From positions 1 through 23,203 of the forward strand of contig JAUVCJ010000010.1 in NCBI GenBank assembly GCA_030595765.1: a stretch of DNA of 23,203 bases, read 5' to 3'. This document shows, piece by piece, positions 18,879-23,203 of this stretch. The notes beneath the pieces are model-generated. The model was given only the letters and a program-made list of their open reading frames with translations. It was not told where the DNA came from and ran no database searches. The position numbers and the translations under genes were made by a program. Source of the stretch: Thermoplasmatota archaeon (GTDB lineage Archaea; Thermoplasmatota; Thermoplasmata; GCA-020350865; JAUVCJ01). Position 1 is the stretch's first letter, and the number at the start of each line of letters is the position of its first letter.

Positions 18879-21374
18879 ATGAATCTTCCTGGCGGAAAGA
18901 CAGCAATGACATCACTCGGTGGCAGAGAGTCCCTTGACAAGATACTTGCAGAATCCAGCAATCCTGGGTTTAGCGGGTATCTATTGACATCCATGGTATC
19001 AAAGGGCACTCCATGCACTGGATATCTGGTCATCAAGAAAGGAAAACCTGTCCTGGCAAGTTGGGAAGGGGATGTATTGCTCAAAAGAGAGCCAGCTGCC
19101 ACAAGACTACTAGCCGATGCACTAAAAGAGGATTCGGTTCTGGAGTTGCATAGTTTTTCATACGGCTCATCAACCATCAATGTGAGCTACCTAGTCAAGC
19201 AATACAAAGATTCAAAGCTGGCAGATCTGGATTTTGATGTAGAGCAGGAGCTGGCCAGAGCCGCTGAAGAACTGAGAAGCGAACTTGATACTGAGCGGAG
19301 CCAGAGAGATGCCCAGGCAAAAGCATTGCGAACCCAGACCGACATAGAATCGGCGCTTCATGAAAGTAGCTGGGATTCAGCAAAGAAGGAAGACCTGCTC
19401 AGGGAAAGGGAAGCTTCCATAGAGTCTCTACGCCAGGAGCTGGACTCGGTTCGCCATGGAAGCATGGCAATACTCAAGCATCTTACCAAAAAGCAGGAGG
19501 GAAGCCTTGGCCAGGATGATGTAGTTGCACTTGCAGAAAGAAAGGTCGAGGGCATTCGTCTAGCTCAGGAGCGAGAGCGCTTGCAACGACATGAGGAGAA
19601 GCTCCAGACACAGACATCCGAGCTTGAGCAGGAAAGGACCAAGCTCCGCAAGAAAGAGGAGTTTCTCAGGCAGAAAGGACTAGAGAACAAGCGCGAGGGA
19701 GCTGCTGTACAGAAGGAACGCAAGGACCTGGATAAGATCTGGAAAGAACTTGAGGATCAGACCAATGTAATATCAGGCCAGCGAGAGAGCCTTGAGGCCA
19801 GTGCAGCTCAACAGCTTGCAAGGGAACAGGCCATGCTCAGGAAGGAGGATGGACTCAGGGAGCTAAAGGATGATCTAGGCCGTGAAAGGGTCGAAATGAC
19901 CAAAGAGAGAAAGGAGCTATCTCAAAGGCAGGAAGAGGTGGCCAGGAGCAAGGAGGATTTGTCCTCCAGAATGGAAGCGCTTGAGGAATCCAGCCAGGAG
20001 CTGGCCCAGCTACAGAAGGAGCTGAAGGGTAAGAGCAGGGCCCTGGAAACAGAGTCAAAGGCTCTTGACAGGGTAAGGCGAGAGCTTGAAAAGGGAACCC
20101 AGGAGGCTGATGCGAGGGATAATGAGCTTACCGAACTAGAGGAAGCATTATCCAGGCAGGAAAAGAGCCTTAACCTCAAGAAGAGCAGGCTTGAGAAATC
20201 AGAACTAGCTCAGAAAAAGGCTGATAAGAAGAATGTTTCCCTCAAGAAATCCTTGGATCACCAGAAGAAGGCGCTAAAGGGATTGGAAAGTGACCTGGCT
20301 AAACGAGAGAAGAGCTTGGCAGAGAAAATAGAGATCAACACCCAGGCCGCAAAGGACCTGGCTGTACATGAGCGCGAGCTGGCAAAGATCACACGTGCAA
20401 ATAACAAGATGCTTATGGAAATAAAGGAAAAGGAAGGCCTGCTAGCTGAAACAGAAGGGAACCTTGATGAGCGGCATGGCGCTTTGAACCTGCTTGAGAG
20501 TGAGCTTGAAGAGCGTTCAGAGCAGCAGGATGGTAGAGCTGAGGAACTGGAACTGCTTAGCAGGGAAATGGATAAGCGCGAGTTGGAGCTAAGAACCAGT
20601 TCATCCGAGCTCCAAAAGGAAAAGAAGGAAGGCGAAAGGGAGCTTGCCCAAGCAAGGAAGAAGATGCAGAAGCTCCAAAAGGATGTATCTGCCGAGAGCC
20701 TGGCACTTGTTGTTGTTAGAGAGGAGCTCGAAGGACGGGAATCCCAGATCCAGGTGACCGAGTCTGACCTATCTGAGGAGCGTGCTACATTGGAGGAGCT
20801 TTCCACCAGCCTGATGCTCAAAGGCGAATCTCTGGAGCAGAGAGAAAAATCTCAAGCAGCCAGTCTGAAGGAGCTTGAGAAGGAAACAAAATCCACAAAA
20901 AAGGCTCTGGATTCCAGGGAAAATATGTTTGGCCAGCAGCAGACCGAGCTTGCAGGAGAACAGAAGGAACTTGCCCAGTCCATCAAGAATTTGGGCAAGG
21001 AAGCCAAGCTGGTAGAAAAAGATAAGGCCAGGATGGAAAAGGATTTCGAGAAGAGGGAGAGAGGGTTCAGTGTCAAGGAAATACAGCTTCTGGACAAGGA
21101 GCAGTCCCAAAAGGATGAAGCCACCAGAATTTCAGAGCTCATAGAGGCTCAGGAAGAGCGTGAGACCATTCTAAAGTCTGGCGAGAAGGAGTTAGCAGGC
21201 AGGGAGAATCAACTCAAGGACCAGGAAAAAGCGTTGGCTGCCAGGGAAAAGGCAATGAAGAAGAAGGAAAAAGAGGTTCTAGCCCTGAAAGAGAGCATGG
21301 AGGACCGAAAGCGGAGCTTTGATGATCGCAGGTCTGAGCTGGAAAAGATCCGTAAAGGACTTCAAGACCTCTGA
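18879..21374 (+). CDS. Large coiled-coil protein (831 aa) with a ~110-aa N-terminal globular domain
   Basis: The N-terminal domain reads FSGYLLTSMVSKGTPCTGYLVIKKGKPVLASWEGD...VLELHSFSYG. About 700 aa of E/K/L/R/Q-rich heptad-like sequence follow (ELE..., KEL..., LEE... reiterated). No Walker motifs or TM segments are seen. The first ATG is at 18879; the track start at 18816 is a TTG inside the repeat array. Confidence 0.8.
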   Translation: MNLPGGKTAMTSLGGRESLDKILAESSNPGFSGYLLTSMVSKGTPCTGYLVIKKGKPVLASWEGDVLLKREPAATRLLADALKEDSVLELHSFSYGSSTINVSYLVKQYKDSKLADLDFDVEQELARAAEELRSELDTERSQRDAQAKALRTQTDIESALHESSWDSAKKEDLLREREASIESLRQELDSVRHGSMAILKHLTKKQEGSLGQDDVVALAERKVEGIRLAQERERLQRHEEKLQTQTSELEQERTKLRKKEEFLRQKGLENKREGAAVQKERKDLDKIWKELEDQTNVISGQRESLEASAAQQLAREQAMLRKEDGLRELKDDLGRERVEMTKERKELSQRQEEVARSKEDLSSRMEALEESSQELAQLQKELKGKSRALETESKALDRVRRELEKGTQEADARDNELTELEEALSRQEKSLNLKKSRLEKSELAQKKADKKNVSLKKSLDHQKKALKGLESDLAKREKSLAEKIEINTQAAKDLAVHERELAKITRANNKMLMEIKEKEGLLAETEGNLDERHGALNLLESELEERSEQQDGRAEELELLSREMDKRELELRTSSSELQKEKKEGERELAQARKKMQKLQKDVSAESLALVVVREELEGRESQIQVTESDLSEERATLEELSTSLMLKGESLEQREKSQAASLKELEKETKSTKKALDSRENMFGQQQTELAGEQKELAQSIKNLGKEAKLVEKDKARMEKDFEKRERGFSVKEIQLLDKEQSQKDEATRISELIEAQEERETILKSGEKELAGRENQLKDQEKALAAREKAMKKKEKEVLALKESMEDRKRSFDDRRSELEKIRKGLQDL

Positions 21375-21440
21375 ATATGGCACCATTGAGCACAATTTCG
21401 AGCACAAGATCGCAAATTTATCCTTTCAGGTACATTCCGT

Positions 21441-21520
21441 CCAGTTCATCTCTACTCCAGTTCACTTTTACACAAGTTCATCGTTACGCAATCTAATCTT
21501 TACATCAGTTCATCACATCA
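21441..21520 (+). repeat. Degenerate tandem repeat, 16 nt x5 (core CAGTTCAYC), 67 nt downstream of the coiled-coil gene stop
   Basis: Units are ccagttcatctctact / ccagttcacttttaca / caagttcatcgttacg / caatctaatctttaca / tcagttcatcacatca. Confidence 0.6.
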
Positions 21521-21656
21521 ATAAACTGCAATAATACATCAACTAACTGCACTAACAGATTGTTTCAACAAAGAAACAATTCGTATGGTATAACTCATAA
21601 AACAAGCCTATTTATTGAAGCGAAAATCGTCTGACAACATTATGGGAATTCGTTGA

Positions 21657-21690
21657 ACCCTTGAGGGTACCCTTAAGGGTCTTGAAGGGT
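21657..21690. repeat. Three head-to-tail palindromic or near-palindromic units
   Basis: The units are acccttgagggt / acccttaagggt (a perfect 12-bp palindrome at 21669-21680) / cttgaagggt, followed by a T5 run. Confidence 0.6.
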
Positions 21691-21898
21691 CTAGGTTTTT
21701 CGAAATATTAGCCAGTGTGTTTGAATATGGTGTGATATGTATGAAAAAGCGGTCTGTCACACCGTTACGTATATGGTATCATTCATAAATGAACTGCGTA
21801 TGACAGCAGAAAAAAGCGCAAGCGCTGGCTTCTTCACACTAGATATATTAGATTATCAATCGAAAGATTAATGACCAACTGCGCCAGTATGGTAATGG

Positions 21899-23203
21899 AT
21901 GGGTTCAGGTTATTTCCTAAAAAAAGCCGTTTATCAGAGGCTTACGATAGTTTTCGCCATCATGCTCCTTTTTGGGGCCATTCCGTATACAGGTGGAGAC
22001 GATAAAACGCTAAACCGTGAAATTGATCCTGTCACAGTTTCCCTGCACTCAGACATGGCACAGATCATGGCGCAGAAAGACTCGCATAAGGACTCCCCTG
22101 CGATATTGCAGGATACTCAGGTTCGTCTCGATGAATTGACAACTGTGGAACAGGAACCTGCGGCTCAAATAGTTAAGGGTGTTGATTTTCAGGTACAGAC
22201 CGATTCTGCTATTGCGCCGCCTGGGCTTGCAGTATTAGAAAGCATTCTCAACAGACAATCCACTGAAGAACCGTTCACTCCCAATGACATCATAGATTTT
22301 GTTGTCAATCAACCCCTGAACTACTGGATGCATACCAATTACACCACCAATACGGAATCCCTCCTGTCATTCGAGAAGGGCAACATAAGGCCGACCCTTA
22401 TAAATCCAACTAACCTGGATATGTGGGTAGACGTGGATGTGGATAAAACAGGCACCACTGACATAAGCGGTATATTTCGCCCGTTAGCATCCTTGGAGCA
22501 AATAAATATTGAGCTCCCACCGACCGCAGATGTTGAGGGCGGGCTAGAAGCTGCAATAGAGAGGCGAAACACCGCTCCCTTCGAGCATTCTTCATTCAAT
22601 AGCCTATCAACTCATTTCATCAAATCTTTTTCCTATAACGACAATAATTTTCTTCTCACTTTGGGATTCGGGATGACTGATGTTCCTGACAATTTCAAGC
22701 TGTCATTGCAGGCTGACAGAATCGTGGTAGGCAATCTTTTCGGTGATCTTGCAAAGGGTATAATAGATAACGGCACACTTTCGGATATCTATGGTCCTCT
22801 TTGGGTAGACTGGTCATCCGGCGAGGGCATTCCAGGCTCTCTGGAGATATACATTTCAATGATACAGGTAGAATGGAACGCGACTGGGGTTTACACCCTA
22901 GGAGAACGGTCATGGATGGAGATAAAGTTCGATTGCCGGGACGATGAGACCACTGTTCCGATCGATGCCAAGCTTACACTGGATGTTGAGAGCACAACAG
23001 CCCCCATCGACGGCTTCAGCTGGGAGGGTGGAGTAACATCAGACATGTCTCTGAAATTCGTGGAGTTAAAAGAGGACATCACATACGCAATTACCAAGCT
23101 TGGAGGCCTTCCCTCAAGCATTGATGTAACCATGAAGGAAGTTCAGGAAGGTAGCCTCAACATTAGCCAGATCAATTTCAATGCCAGCTCTTCCATGGAG
23201 TAT
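21899..23203 (+). CDS. Partial (3'-truncated) ORF of at least 435 codons with an N-terminal signal-anchor; probable large secreted or surface protein; not in the supplied track
   Basis: Manual translation from ATG 21899 gives MGSGYFLKKAVYQRLTIVFAIMLLFGAIPYTGGDDK...WVDVDVDKTGTTD...EWNATGVYTLGERSWMEIKF...NFNASSSMEY. The frame stays open to the last base of the window. The track omits it because it has no stop codon. Confidence 0.65.
   Translation, partial: MGSGYFLKKAVYQRLTIVFAIMLLFGAIPYTGGDDKTLNREIDPVTVSLHSDMAQIMAQKDSHKDSPAILQDTQVRLDELTTVEQEPAAQIVKGVDFQVQTDSAIAPPGLAVLESILNRQSTEEPFTPNDIIDFVVNQPLNYWMHTNYTTNTESLLSFEKGNIRPTLINPTNLDMWVDVDVDKTGTTDISGIFRPLASLEQINIELPPTADVEGGLEAAIERRNTAPFEHSSFNSLSTHFIKSFSYNDNNFLLTLGFGMTDVPDNFKLSLQADRIVVGNLFGDLAKGIIDNGTLSDIYGPLWVDWSSGEGIPGSLEIYISMIQVEWNATGVYTLGERSWMEIKFDCRDDETTVPIDAKLTLDVESTTAPIDGFSWEGGVTSDMSLKFVELKEDITYAITKLGGLPSSIDVTMKEVQEGSLNISQINFNASSSMEY

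Noticed and set aside
18707-19180. A 157-aa minus-strand ORF with 8-aa C/V/K-rich repeats.
   Set aside because: The repeat portion is simply the 24-nt array read in frame. The rest is antisense to the well-supported N-terminal domain of the coiled-coil gene.
19195-21405. Numerous 62-187-aa S/L/F-rich minus-strand ORFs inside the coiled-coil gene.
   Set aside because: They are antisense to GAR/AAR-rich codons, which rarely produce stops. The compositions are typical of shadow ORFs.
8686-21520. I considered whether the tandem arrays (12 nt, 24 nt, 16 nt) could be CRISPR arrays.
   Set aside because: The units are contiguous with no unique spacers, the repeats are too short or too degenerate, and there are no cas genes in the window.

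Overview
The window looks like an archaeal chromosomal segment. The diagnostic features are a CDP-archaeol synthase, an Hjc-type resolvase, an MJ1164-type HTH regulator, and TATA-like boxes about 26 nt upstream of mostly leaderless start codons. Gene packing is tight. Housekeeping genes (pyrE, carS, rlmE, hjc) are interleaved with envelope and secreted proteins: a membrane-anchored C11 clostripain-like peptidase, a membrane-anchored S8 subtilase, and two zinc-ribbon membrane proteins. Many proteins carry acidic low-complexity inserts. An apparently intact IS1182-family element (144-1965, perfect 16-bp inverted repeats) sits at the left end.

The most notable content is a translationally coupled minus-strand operon (13813-16497). 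It encodes a UFC1-like E2, a UBA5-like E1 and a JAMM/MPN+ metalloprotease, which amounts to a UFM1-type conjugation cassette in prokaryotic operon format. No ubiquitin-fold modifier, UFL1-like E3 or UFSP-like protease is visible in the window.

Other unusual structure:
- A ~166-nt, ~95% polypyrimidine tract fills the divergent promoter gap between this operon and rlmE.
- Three intergenic tandem arrays are present (12 nt x7, 24 nt x6, 16 nt x5).
- An 831-aa coiled-coil protein is flanked by two ~0.5-kb noncoding spacers.
- Two convergent genes overlap by 111 bp.
- Two ORFs are missing from the supplied track: a 44-aa zinc-ribbon ORF at 5253-5387, and a 3'-truncated 435-codon ORF at 21899-23203.

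I recognised no rRNA, tRNA or CRISPR. All family calls rest on motifs read by eye and on remembered reference sequences, with no alignments or searches. Several start codons were moved from the track's longest-ORF starts (some GTG/TTG) to ATGs that fit signal peptides and TATA spacing.
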